Assembly (NCBI GenBank): GCA_963674965.2
Contig: CAXXFL010000001.1
Location: forward strand, 128,001 to 192,000
From: a bacterium
GTDB taxonomy: Bacteria > RBG-13-61-14 > DATKZS01
Direction of reading: 5' to 3'
Length of the DNA stretch: 64,000 nt
Shown here: positions 1-9,597 of the stretch, piece by piece
How positions within the stretch are numbered: position 1 is the first letter of the stretch
Layout: every line of letters begins with the position of its first letter
The notes under the pieces: generated by a model
The model's database searches: none
The model's input: the letters and a program-made list of their open reading frames with translations, nothing else
Told to the model about the DNA's origin: nothing
Made by a program: the position numbers and the translations under genes

Positions 1-708
1 GACGTCAACGTGAACGGGAACCGCAACCTCCTGGCGGCCATCGAGGGCTCGGGCGTCGATAAGCTGGTGGCCGCCTCGAGCGTGGCCGCCTACGGCCGAC
101 TTCCCCGTGACAACTCGATCATCGACGAGGACACGCCGCTTCGAGGGGAGTCCTCCAGCTATTACATGCTCACGAAGAGGATGATGGAGGAGGACCTCGA
201 CGTCTTCGAGAAAAGGAACCCCGGCGTGATCGTGACCCGGCTTCGGCCCTCCATTTTGATGGGCAAAGGCACGAGGAGCTTCGCCCGGGAAATGGGCAAG
301 CTCCGGTTCGCGCCCCGTATCAGGGAGGGACTTTACCTTCCCGTGGTCCACGAGGAGGACGCGGTGGACGCCTTCGAGTTGGCCGTCGAGCGCGACGCTC
401 CCGGGGCCTTTATCATCTCGCTTCCCGAGCCCATGACCCTGGAGGAGATAGTCGAGGGCCGGGGCGTGCCAATAAGGAGCTTCAACCGGAGCACCGTATT
501 GGGAGCGTCGAGAATCATGTTCCCCCTCCGCCTGACCAGGCTGTCGCCCGACTGGATAGCTTGCGCCGACACGCGGTGGCGCTTCGAGGTCTCGCGGGCG
601 AGGAACGCGCTGGGATGGGAGCCTAAAAGGGACAAGGAAAAAATCGTCTCCGACATATGGGACAATATCGAGGGCAAGCCCAGGTGGAGAAGATGGATGG
701 GCGGGTAA
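1..708 (+). CDS. NAD-dependent epimerase/dehydratase (extended SDR), 5'-truncated by window edge
   Basis: SSVAAYG and YMLTK (YxxxK) motifs; the Rossmann GxxGxxG motif is absent, so the N-terminus lies upstream of the window. Confidence 0.85.
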   Translation, partial: DVNVNGNRNLLAAIEGSGVDKLVAASSVAAYGRLPRDNSIIDEDTPLRGESSSYYMLTKRMMEEDLDVFEKRNPGVIVTRLRPSILMGKGTRSFAREMGKLRFAPRIREGLYLPVVHEEDAVDAFELAVERDAPGAFIISLPEPMTLEEIVEGRGVPIRSFNRSTVLGASRIMFPLRLTRLSPDWIACADTRWRFEVSRARNALGWEPKRDKEKIVSDIWDNIEGKPRWRRWMGG

Positions 709-748
709 GGCCGGCTCGTCTCGGCCAGGCGACGGGGAGGAAAAAGTA

Positions 749-1684
749 TTGATCGAAAAAATAGCGGACCGGATATGGCTTATCGATACCAACATGAGCG
801 GACGACGGGGCTACACCTCGGTGTTTCTGGCGGAGGGCGACGGCGGCGCGGCCCTTTTCGACTCGGGCGTCTCGGTCACGGCCGCTGATATTTTGGAGGG
901 CGTCCGGGAGGCTGGAGTCGATCCTCGCGGGCTCCGCCGGATTTTCCTCAGCCACGCCCACTACGACCACGCGGGAGGGGCCCACGAGCTTTTGCGTCTT
1001 CTGGCCGAGGCGGGGGCCGAGGAGGTCAAGGTGGCCTGCTCGATCAAGCCCAAGGTATATCTTGGGCGGGCGGACGTCCTGGAGAAGCTCATGCGCTCGG
1101 GCCTGGCCACGGAGGGCGAGATGGCGGGCCGGATGCTTCCCATGGCGGATGACCGCTTTCACGTGCTTGAGGACGGGGACGAATTCGACCTGGGCGGAGT
1201 GACGGTCAAGGCCCTGGACTCTCCGGGCCACGCCAACGGGCACATGGTTTTCCTGGTCCGTCCGGGCGATTTTCTTTTCCTGGGCGACTCCTGCGGTTTG
1301 ATGGGCCGCTTCAAGGACGGCGCTCCGGGATTGATACCGACCTCCTTCGCTCCGGAGTACGATCACGAGCCATACCTCGAGACCATAGGGAGGCTGCGGA
1401 AACTCTCGCCCCGGCTCCTGGGCTTTGCCCATTACGGGTGGACGGACGAGCCGGCCAAAGTCCTCGATATGGCGGCCCGAAGCGCGGAGAGGATGAGGGA
1501 GGTAGCGCGGGACGTCGAGGAGGGAAAGCTGGAAAGGGACGAGGCCCTGGACCTTCTCGAGCGCGAGATGGGCGAGCCGGCGGTCTCGCTTTACGGCGAT
1601 CGCGAAAGGTCTCTTTTAACCTTTAAAACTCTTCTTAAGGGCAACCGGGTGGACTTGCGAAGGAAAGCCGTCCCCGCCCCGTGA
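749..1684 (+). CDS. MBL-fold metallo-hydrolase
   Basis: SHAHYDHAGG (HxHxDH), SPGHANGH, LGD and FAHYG motifs; TTG start after a GGAGG RBS. Confidence 0.9.
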   Translation: MIEKIADRIWLIDTNMSGRRGYTSVFLAEGDGGAALFDSGVSVTAADILEGVREAGVDPRGLRRIFLSHAHYDHAGGAHELLRLLAEAGAEEVKVACSIKPKVYLGRADVLEKLMRSGLATEGEMAGRMLPMADDRFHVLEDGDEFDLGGVTVKALDSPGHANGHMVFLVRPGDFLFLGDSCGLMGRFKDGAPGLIPTSFAPEYDHEPYLETIGRLRKLSPRLLGFAHYGWTDEPAKVLDMAARSAERMREVARDVEEGKLERDEALDLLEREMGEPAVSLYGDRERSLLTFKTLLKGNRVDLRRKAVPAP

Positions 1685-1720
1685 CCCCCGGGCTTTTATT
1701 CCCGATACGGCCCGATCTCT

Positions 1721-1750
1721 TTGCCTTCGGGCTAAAAGCCGGGTTATAAT
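1721..1750 (+). promoter_or_regulatory. sigma70-like promoter of the aminotransferase-hom-thrC operon
   Basis: TTGCCT-18 nt-TATAAT in the intergenic region. Confidence 0.55.
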
Positions 1751-1888
1751 AATTCAGGCCATTGATACGGGGACCGGCGGTCTTGGCCGGCGGGCCAGCC
1801 GATGGGCTCCGTTCAATCATGGCCGGTTTTTTATGACTACGCGGCCTCTCGCCCGAGGGCGGAAGGGCCCGGAATTAACGGGAGCGAC

Positions 1889-3082
1889 ATGGAAGAGACA
1901 AAACAGTTTCAGCGTATGCAGCGGCTTCCCCCCTACGTTTTCGCCGTGGTCGTCGAACAGATGATGCGGGAGCGTCGCGGCGGTGAGGACATCATCGACC
2001 TTGGCATGGGCAACCCCGACGTACCCACTCCCGGCCCGATCGTGGAGAAGATGAAGGAGGCCCTGGACAACCCCAAGAACCACCGTTACAGCGCCTCGAA
2101 GGGGATCAAGGGAATCCGCAAGGCCATTTGCGACTGGTACCAAAGGCGCTACGAGGTCGAGCTCGACCCCGACTCGGAGGCCATCGCCACCATCGGGGCC
2201 AAGGAGGGACTGGCCCATCTCAACCTGGTCACCCTGGGGCCGGGCGACGTGGTCTTCGTGCCCAACCCCTGCTACCCGATACACTTCTACGCCTCCATTA
2301 TCGCGGGGGCGGACGTTCGCAGCATCCCCCTTTGCGACGACGTGGACTTCCTCGAGCAACTTCAGATGGCGGTGCGCTACACCTGGCCGGCCCCCAAGAT
2401 GATTATCCTGAGCTTTCCCCACAACCCCACGACGCGGGTGGTGGAGCTGGACTTCTTCGAGAAGGTGGTGGCCTTCGCCCGCGAGCACAAGATTTACCTG
2501 GTCCACGACCTGGCCTACGCCGACCTGGTTTACGACGACTACCGGGCCCCGAGCCTTCTCGAGGTGCCCGGCGCCAAGGAGGTGGGGGTCGAGTTTTTCT
2601 CCATGACCAAGGGCTACTCGATGGCCGGCTGGCGGGTGGGCTTCTGCGTGGGCAACAAGACCCTGGTGGCCGCCCTGACCCGCATCAAGAGCTACCTGGA
2701 CTACGGCATCTTTCAGCCCATCCAGATCGCGGCCATCAAGGCGCTTAACGACTGCGACCAGGAGTCTCGGGAGATATGCAAGGTCTACGAGGGCAGGCGG
2801 GACGCCCTTTGCGACGGACTCAACCGGATCGGCTGGGAGATCGAGAAGCCCAAGGCCACCATGTTCGTGTGGGCCAGGATACCCGAGAAGTTCCGGGAGC
2901 TGGGCAGTCTCGAGTTCAGTCTCCAGATGCTCAAGGAGGCCAAGGTGGCGGTCAGCCCCGGCATTGGCTTCGGAGACGTCGGGGAGGGCTACGTCAGGTT
3001 CGCCCTGGTCGAGAACGATCAGCGCATCAAGCAGGCCATCCGAGGCGTCAAGCGGTGGTTCGATCAGACCGGCGGCCTTTGA
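1889..3082 (+). CDS. alaC: class I/II PLP aminotransferase, AlaC-like (alanine transaminase)
   Basis: [20 protein letters not shown] and [14 protein letters not shown] (PLP Lys); lies upstream of hom-thrC; start chosen at ATG 1889 after GGAG. Confidence 0.8.
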   Translation: MEETKQFQRMQRLPPYVFAVVVEQMMRERRGGEDIIDLGMGNPDVPTPGPIVEKMKEALDNPKNHRYSASKGIKGIRKAICDWYQRRYEVELDPDSEAIATIGAKEGLAHLNLVTLGPGDVVFVPNPCYPIHFYASIIAGADVRSIPLCDDVDFLEQLQMAVRYTWPAPKMIILSFPHNPTTRVVELDFFEKVVAFAREHKIYLVHDLAYADLVYDDYRAPSLLEVPGAKEVGVEFFSMTKGYSMAGWRVGFCVGNKTLVAALTRIKSYLDYGIFQPIQIAAIKALNDCDQESREICKVYEGRRDALCDGLNRIGWEIEKPKATMFVWARIPEKFRELGSLEFSLQMLKEAKVAVSPGIGFGDVGEGYVRFALVENDQRIKQAIRGVKRWFDQTGGL

Positions 3083-3100
3083 CGGGGCCGCGGAGGATTA

Positions 3101-4411
3101 ATGAAAAAGGTTAAGGTGGGCCTGATAGGCTACGGCACCATCGGGCAGGGAGTAATCAAGCTTCTAAAGACCAACAAGCGCGAGCTGGCCGCCAGGCTGG
3201 GGTTCGAGATCGAGCTTGGCGGCGTGGCCGACGTGGATATAAAGCGGCCTCGGAACGTCAAGGTGAAAAAGGGGCTGCTCACGAGCGACCCGTATAAACT
3301 TATTAACGACCCGGGCATCCCCATCATCATCGAGCTGGCGGGCGACTGGCCGGGCGTGCAAAAACAGATAATGGACGCCCTCAAGGCGGGTAAGTCGGTG
3401 GTCACCGCCAACAAGGCGCTTCTGGCCAAGCACGGGGAGGAAATCCTCGGGGCCGCCAGGGAAAGCGGCCAGGACGTGTATTACGAGGCCGCGGTCTGCG
3501 GGACCATACCCATCATCCGGGTCCTTCGGGAGGGCGTGGCCGCCAACCGGATCGACGCGGTTTACGGCATCGTCAACGGTACCTGCAACTACATCCTGAC
3601 CGGCATGTCCATGGGCCTAGGCGATTACCCGGGCATCCTCAAGCGGGCCCAGGAGCTGGGCTACGCGGAGGCCAAGCCCGAGGCCGACGTCGAGGGATAC
3701 GACGCCTCCCATAAGCTGGCCATCCTCATGCGGCTGGCCTTCGGAATTCCGGTCAAGCTCAGCGACATCCACCGGGAGGGCATAACCAAAGTGTCCGCCT
3801 CCGACATCGAGGCGGCGGCCGGCCTGGGCTACTCGGTCAAGCTTCTGGCCATCGCCAAGCGCGTCAACGGCGGCGTCGAGGCCCGGGTCCATCCCACCCT
3901 CATCAACAAGAACTCCGAGCTGGCCGCGGTCTCGGGCCCCTTCAACGCCGTTTACGTGGTGGGCAACATGAGCGGTCCCACCTTGTACTACGGGGCGGGG
4001 GCGGGCATGGATCCCACCGCCAGCGCCGTGGTGAGCGACGTGATGGAACTGGCCCGGCGCCTGGTCCGGGGCGACGCTCCCCGCCGGCTTCCCGCGGGGG
4101 GCTACGTGGAGGGACACCGGCCCGACCTGACCCTTTTGCCCATGAAGGACGTCGAGACCGAGTACTACCTGCGCATGCTGGCGGCCGACAAGCCGGGCGT
4201 GCTCTCGAAAGTGAGCGGGGTCCTGGGCGAGAACGGCATCAGCATCCGGTCGGTGGTGCAAAGGAACCGGGAGCGCGGTCCCGAGGCTTCTCTGGTGATC
4301 GTGACGCACCGGGCCAAAGAGGAAAAGATGATGAGGGCCCTGGACGAGATCAAGAAGTTCAAGGTGATAAAGGGACCGATCAAGCTCATCCGCATCGAGC
4401 AGGGAATATAA
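3101..4411 (+). CDS. hom: homoserine dehydrogenase with C-terminal ACT domain
   Basis: GLIGYGTIG, VVTANKA, GIVNGTCNYIL, LGYAEA and DKPGVL (ACT). Confidence 0.96.
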   Translation: MKKVKVGLIGYGTIGQGVIKLLKTNKRELAARLGFEIELGGVADVDIKRPRNVKVKKGLLTSDPYKLINDPGIPIIIELAGDWPGVQKQIMDALKAGKSVVTANKALLAKHGEEILGAARESGQDVYYEAAVCGTIPIIRVLREGVAANRIDAVYGIVNGTCNYILTGMSMGLGDYPGILKRAQELGYAEAKPEADVEGYDASHKLAILMRLAFGIPVKLSDIHREGITKVSASDIEAAAGLGYSVKLLAIAKRVNGGVEARVHPTLINKNSELAAVSGPFNAVYVVGNMSGPTLYYGAGAGMDPTASAVVSDVMELARRLVRGDAPRRLPAGGYVEGHRPDLTLLPMKDVETEYYLRMLAADKPGVLSKVSGVLGENGISIRSVVQRNRERGPEASLVIVTHRAKEEKMMRALDEIKKFKVIKGPIKLIRIEQGI

Positions 4412-4433
4412 GGGAAAAGGAGGCTTTGCGCTT

Positions 4434-5501
4434 ATGGCCTGGGAGGGCGTAATAAAGCAATACTGGGATTATCTTCCCATCGAGGACAAGGAGAGCGTGG
4501 TCACGCTGCTGGAGGGAGGCACTCCGCTAATTCCCTCGGTGCGGCTGGCCGAGCGAATAATGCCGGGGATTAGGCTTTTCTTCAAGTTCGAGGGCCTCAA
4601 CCCGACGGGTTCCTTCAAGGACCGGGGCATGACCATGGCCGTGTCCAAGGCGGTCGAGGAGGGCTCGAGGGCCGTCATCTGCGCCAGCACGGGCAACACC
4701 TCGGCGGCGGCGGCGGCCTACGCGGCCCGGGCCGGTCTCGAGGCCTACGTGCTTATCCCGGAGGGCAAGATAGCCGCGGGCAAGCTGGCCCAGGCGGTGA
4801 TGCACGGGGCGCGGGTCATCGAGGTGGAGGGCAACTTCGACCAGGCCCTCCAGATAGTGCGCAAGATATCCGAGAGCCATCCCATTACCCTCGTCAACTC
4901 CCTTAACCCCTATCGCCTTCAGGGCCAGAAGACCGCGGCCTTCGAGATATGCGACGCCCTGGGCGGGCCTCCCGACCACCACGTGCTGCCGGTGGGAAAC
5001 GCCGGCAACGTGACCGCCTACTGGATGGGCTACAAGGAGTACAAGGAAAAGGGCGTGATCAAGGACCTTCCTCAAATGAACGGCTTCCAGGCCTCGGGCG
5101 CCGCGCCTATCGTTCTTAAAAAAATCGTCGAGAAGCCCGAGACCTTCGCCACCGCCATCAGGATCGGCAACCCGGCGAGCTGGAAAATGGCGGAGAACGC
5201 CAGGGACGAGTCGGAAGGCATTATCGAGATGGTCACGGACGACGAGATTCGGGAGGCCTATTTCCTTTTGTCTTCCTTGGAGGGCATCTTCTGCGAGCCG
5301 GCCAGCGCCTCGGGCATCGCCGGCATGATCAAGTACAAGGAAAAGATGGGACTTCAGCCCGGCCAGACCGTGGTGGCGACCCTTACCGGACACGGGCTCA
5401 AGGACCCCGACTCCGGCGCCGAGACGGCCAGAAAGTTCGAGGACAAAAGAGACAAGCTGCCCGCCGACTACGGCGTGGTGGTCAAGGCCCTGGGCTTTTA
5501 A
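4434..5501 (+). CDS. thrC: threonine synthase
   Basis: EGLNPTGSFKDRGM, CASTGNTS, PVGNAGN and TGHGLKDP. Confidence 0.96.
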   Translation: MAWEGVIKQYWDYLPIEDKESVVTLLEGGTPLIPSVRLAERIMPGIRLFFKFEGLNPTGSFKDRGMTMAVSKAVEEGSRAVICASTGNTSAAAAAYAARAGLEAYVLIPEGKIAAGKLAQAVMHGARVIEVEGNFDQALQIVRKISESHPITLVNSLNPYRLQGQKTAAFEICDALGGPPDHHVLPVGNAGNVTAYWMGYKEYKEKGVIKDLPQMNGFQASGAAPIVLKKIVEKPETFATAIRIGNPASWKMAENARDESEGIIEMVTDDEIREAYFLLSSLEGIFCEPASASGIAGMIKYKEKMGLQPGQTVVATLTGHGLKDPDSGAETARKFEDKRDKLPADYGVVVKALGF

Positions 5502-5570
5502 GCCGCGGGCGGCGTGGACCCGCTCCCCAGCCGTGCTACAATAATCGCGTGATTTTCACGTTCCCGGGCC

Positions 5571-6752
5571 ATGGCTGATATCAGGCACATATCCTGCCCC
5601 AAGTGCGGCGGCACTCTCGGGCTTTCCGGCATGGACAGGCTGGTCAAATGCCGCTACTGCGGGACCACCTCTTTGGTCGAAGCCCCCGGCCACGCGCCCG
5701 AGTATTACGTCGATCCCAGGGTCCAGGCCGTGACCGCCCGCCGGACCCTCCAGCGCGTCCTGATGGAATCGGACGTTCCCGCCGGTCTTCTCAAGCGGGC
5801 CAGGTTCCATTCGGCCCGGCTTTACTTCATCCCCTTCCACGAGGTCAACGCCCGCAGGGTGGGCACGATGAAGCTTACCGAGTTCAAGCCGGAAAAGAGG
5901 CCGCGCCAGTCCAGCCGGGCCGTCTCCATGGGCCAGGGGGCCACCGTCTCGATCCCCAGGGTCCACGACGACTGGGCCGTTCCCAAGACGAAGGTCGTGG
6001 ACACGCGGGTGATCATGAACGACTTGACCCGCGTCGAGCCGGCCGTGTCCCTCCCGGAGTGGCACGTCGAGGAGGCCGACGTTCAGACGGCCCGGGCCGG
6101 CGAGACGGGCCTTCTCAAGGCCATGGATCGCCGCCGGGTCGAGAAGCTGGGCCGGATTTACAAGCCGACCATTACTCCCGACCAGATGCTCTCGCGTTTG
6201 GACGCGGACAACCTGGCGGCCAACGTGGAGGACAATACGGAGATAGTGGAGGTACGGATCAAAAGGATTTATTACCCGGTCTGGCGCGTCCGCTACGAGT
6301 ACCAGGGACGGCTTTACGGAGCGGCCATCGACGGCGTCACGGGCAAGATCATGAGCGCCCGCGCCCCGGAGACCGACAAGTACCGCGTGGTCTGGCTCTT
6401 GGGCACGGCGGCCATGGTCAGCTTCTTCGCCGGCAAGATCGCCCGAGTGATCGCGACCCTGGCCATGGGGGACCATGGGGGCGCCGAGGGTCTGGTGGCC
6501 GTCGGAATACAGGGTTCCATCATGATGATTCCCGTAATATTAATCGCCCTCCTGGCCGTGTTTTTCGTGCTGGGAGTCGGCTGGGACCAGTTCCGGTACG
6601 CCGGCGAAATAGTCACGCGGGGCGACAAAAAAATGGTCGAGCGCATCAACCGTCCTAAAAAGACCTTCTTCGACAAGGCCCGCGACTCGGTCTCCCGCAT
6701 GCTCGAGGATTTCATGAAGAAAGCCGAGACCAACGCTCGATGGAGGACTTGA
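5571..6752 (+). CDS. zinc-ribbon membrane protein, function unknown
   Basis: N-terminal CPKCGG...CRYCG; YxPxW-type motifs; two C-terminal hydrophobic segments. Confidence 0.7.
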   Translation: MADIRHISCPKCGGTLGLSGMDRLVKCRYCGTTSLVEAPGHAPEYYVDPRVQAVTARRTLQRVLMESDVPAGLLKRARFHSARLYFIPFHEVNARRVGTMKLTEFKPEKRPRQSSRAVSMGQGATVSIPRVHDDWAVPKTKVVDTRVIMNDLTRVEPAVSLPEWHVEEADVQTARAGETGLLKAMDRRRVEKLGRIYKPTITPDQMLSRLDADNLAANVEDNTEIVEVRIKRIYYPVWRVRYEYQGRLYGAAIDGVTGKIMSARAPETDKYRVVWLLGTAAMVSFFAGKIARVIATLAMGDHGGAEGLVAVGIQGSIMMIPVILIALLAVFFVLGVGWDQFRYAGEIVTRGDKKMVERINRPKKTFFDKARDSVSRMLEDFMKKAETNARWRT

Positions 6753-7414
6753 TGGGCTCGGGCGTGACGGTCACTCCCCTGGTATGTCCGGACTGTGGTA
6801 GTCCCCTGGCTGGACTTCGCTACGACAGGATTTTCAACTGCATGAACTGCCGCATGGGCTACAAGCCGGGCAAGGAGGGCAAGTGGACCCGGTACGCCCT
6901 TCGCTTCGCGGAGCCGGGCCATGCAAAGGCCAAGGTAAGCTTTTATCTGCCCCTCTGGCAACTCGGTATCGAGTCCTCAGCCAAGGCCTCGAACAAACAG
7001 CAAGAGGTGGCCATCTCCCGGATCGAGGACATGAAGAGCGTTTGGGTCACGGCCTTTACCATGGTCCGGCCCTCTTATTATGGAGACATAGGGCTCAACT
7101 ACTCGAGCGCCGGGGCCATGCCCAGGATGGTCAGGGAATGGCCCCAGGCTTCCTTTACCGCCGGCTGCGCCAGGACCTTGGAGGACGCCTCGAAATACGC
7201 CCGCCTTTTCGTGACCCTCTTTATCGACAAGCGGACCGACGTGACGGGCATGGAGATAGACGTCAAGGTCACGGGCGCGGCCCTCTGGGGCATCCCCTTC
7301 GCCGACCAGGGGAGCAAGGTCATGGACCTGGTCTCGGGCATGGAACTCCCCGCCTTCGCCATCGACGACCTGGCGGAGATAAGAAGGATCGCGAGCGCGA
7401 GAAAAGGGGACTGA
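6752..7414 (+). CDS. zinc-ribbon protein, function unknown
   Basis: CPDCGS...CMNC and FYLPLW; TGATG overlap with the upstream gene. Confidence 0.7.
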   Translation: MGSGVTVTPLVCPDCGSPLAGLRYDRIFNCMNCRMGYKPGKEGKWTRYALRFAEPGHAKAKVSFYLPLWQLGIESSAKASNKQQEVAISRIEDMKSVWVTAFTMVRPSYYGDIGLNYSSAGAMPRMVREWPQASFTAGCARTLEDASKYARLFVTLFIDKRTDVTGMEIDVKVTGAALWGIPFADQGSKVMDLVSGMELPAFAIDDLAEIRRIASARKGD

Positions 7415-7437
7415 GGAGGAGGACCGGACGGTCCTTC

Positions 7438-8412
7438 TTATTCGATTTCCTCCCACGACAGCGGCGCTATGCAGGCCTTTCCGCCGGGGCATCCAGCCGG
7501 GCGGGGGAAATCGGTCCAGCCGCAGGTGGTTATCCACCAGTTGCCGTCGCCGTCAAGGATATATTCCGGGGCGTGGGCCTCGATCCTTCCCACCAGCCGG
7601 GCCGTCTCGTCCGCCTGGCCGCCCTTGAAAACGCCGAAGTCCAGGGGGTCCGCCGAGTAAAAAACCACCGTGTCGAGATAGACCCCGGGGTCCTTGTCCA
7701 AGGGATAATTGGTCAGGCACACGGAAAGGTAATAGCCGCCGTCCCGGGCCATGACGAAGGGCGACTCGCAGGCGGAGTTGGCGACGTATTTGCCGTAAAC
7801 GTGGGCGGGACGAAGCGCCGTGAAGACCACGCCGGCCTTTTCCCAGTTATAGAGGTCGCGGGAGGTCCAGGCGCTGACCACGTCCTTCTTATCCACCCGG
7901 TCGGTGGCGTACATGATCCACTTGTCGTCCGCCTTCAATGCCATGGTGTCCCGGAGCCATCGGTAGCGGTCCTTGACCGCCACGCCGGCGTACTCGAACT
8001 CCCGGCCGTCGCTCGAGACGAGGTGTCTTATCTTGCCCGGACCGAAAAAGGCGTGGAGCGTGTTTCCGTCCCAAACCGCGTGGGGCGCCCATTTGACGCC
8101 CTTGTCCGGAAAGCCCTTGAACAGGGGACCCATATCTCGCATGGGCTCGGACAAGGACGGCGTGACGCCGCGGATGAAGAATTTCTCGTTCAGCCCGATC
8201 GATGGCTTCTCGCCGGTGATGCCCATGAGCGTCCAGTTTCCTTCCTTGTCCTGGTACACGCAGTGGTCGTTAATATATTTGCCCGAGACGGTGGGCTCGA
8301 GCAGGTCCATCCAGGGGCCCGCGACCAAAGGCCGGCGCGGCGTCTCGGCCGCCGCCGAAAATGAAAGAACAAGAAAACCGATCGCGATAGCCAAGCCAAT
8401 AATTCGTCTCAT
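7438..8412 (-). CDS. secreted five-bladed beta-propeller glycoside hydrolase (GH32/GH43-like)
   Basis: signal peptide; INDHC, WAPH, LRD, CESPFV and HAPE motifs. Confidence 0.7.
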   Translation of the reverse strand: MRRIIGLAIAIGFLVLSFSAAAETPRRPLVAGPWMDLLEPTVSGKYINDHCVYQDKEGNWTLMGITGEKPSIGLNEKFFIRGVTPSLSEPMRDMGPLFKGFPDKGVKWAPHAVWDGNTLHAFFGPGKIRHLVSSDGREFEYAGVAVKDRYRWLRDTMALKADDKWIMYATDRVDKKDVVSAWTSRDLYNWEKAGVVFTALRPAHVYGKYVANSACESPFVMARDGGYYLSVCLTNYPLDKDPGVYLDTVVFYSADPLDFGVFKGGQADETARLVGRIEAHAPEYILDGDGNWWITTCGWTDFPRPAGCPGGKACIAPLSWEEIE

Positions 8413-8577
8413 CCGACTTCTCCCGTTGATTGAATATTTCGAATCGATAATAGCGCGAGGGAGGGCGGACGATCAATAAAGAAAACCAAAAACCTTGCCG
8501 GACGTTTTATGAAGTGTATAATCATAAAGAGAATAACAAGGCGGGCCTTATGGCCGCGCCCGAAGGGGGAGGAAATT

Positions 8578-9597
8578 ATGAAGAGCACGGACAACGTTGG
8601 CATGGTCGCGAAAGGAAACAAGCGGGGGAAAATCTTCTCCATCACGGCGCCATTAGTGGTAATGGCCCTTGTTTGCGCCTTGGGCTTTCTCGTGATGGGA
8701 GGCGCCAAAGCCTCGGGCGACCCCGCCGATAAAGCCCCGGCTCCCGAGGCCGCCGCCGGCCAATGCCCCGCCCGGACGGCCCATGACGCGCCGACAATGC
8801 TGGCCCAGGGCGCGAACGCGGAGCAGCATAACGTTTACTCGACGGTTTACCAGTGGGCCTCCGCCTGGGAGAACAACATCTACTCCATCGATTACTACAA
8901 GTCTTACTACCATCCCTCCTTCTGGTCCAACTACAAGGCCAAGAACGGCATGAACTATAGCCAGTGGATGGCCGACAAGGCGGCGAAAGGTAAAAAGGCC
9001 GGCTGCATCCAGATTTACGTTGACGATCTAACGGTGGACGTCCAGGGCCGGATCGCCACGGCCGGCTTCAACCAGACCTACGTGTCCGACACCTATTGCG
9101 ACTCCGGCAGGAAATGGCTTTACCTGGAGAAGTTCGACAACGGCTGGAAAATAGTGGGCGAGGAGCAGCCGTCCTATCAGAAATGCGGCTCCCGCTGCAG
9201 CGCCCGGGGCAAGGATCGCCAGGAGATTCGGGTCCTGGTCAACCAATGGGCCCACGCCTGGGAGAGGAACGTCTATTCCATCGACTACTACCGAAGCTTC
9301 TACGACCCCAGCTTCTGGTCCAATTACAAGTCCAGAAGCGGCATGAACTACAGCCAGTGGATGGCGGACAAGGCGGCGAAGGGCAAGGCCGCCCGGTGCA
9401 TCTGGATTATGGTGGACAAGCTCTCGGTGGACATGTACGACGGCTGGGCCGAGGCCAGGTTCTTCCAGACCTACATCAGTAACAGTTATTGCGACACGGG
9501 CTGGAAGACGCTTTACTGGGCCAATATTGCCGGGGCCTGGAAAATAGTCGGGGAGGAGCAGTCCGGTATTACGCGTTGCTCCAGCAGGTGTAACTGA
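8578..9597 (+). CDS. exported protein with two tandem NTF2-like domains (resembling the C-terminal domain of Csd6-type L,D-peptidases)
   Basis: hydrophobic signal/anchor; two repeats of QWAxAWE...FxQTYxS..YCDxGxKxL...WKIVGEEQ offset by 393 nt. Confidence 0.7.
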   Translation: MKSTDNVGMVAKGNKRGKIFSITAPLVVMALVCALGFLVMGGAKASGDPADKAPAPEAAAGQCPARTAHDAPTMLAQGANAEQHNVYSTVYQWASAWENNIYSIDYYKSYYHPSFWSNYKAKNGMNYSQWMADKAAKGKKAGCIQIYVDDLTVDVQGRIATAGFNQTYVSDTYCDSGRKWLYLEKFDNGWKIVGEEQPSYQKCGSRCSARGKDRQEIRVLVNQWAHAWERNVYSIDYYRSFYDPSFWSNYKSRSGMNYSQWMADKAAKGKAARCIWIMVDKLSVDMYDGWAEARFFQTYISNSYCDTGWKTLYWANIAGAWKIVGEEQSGITRCSSRCN

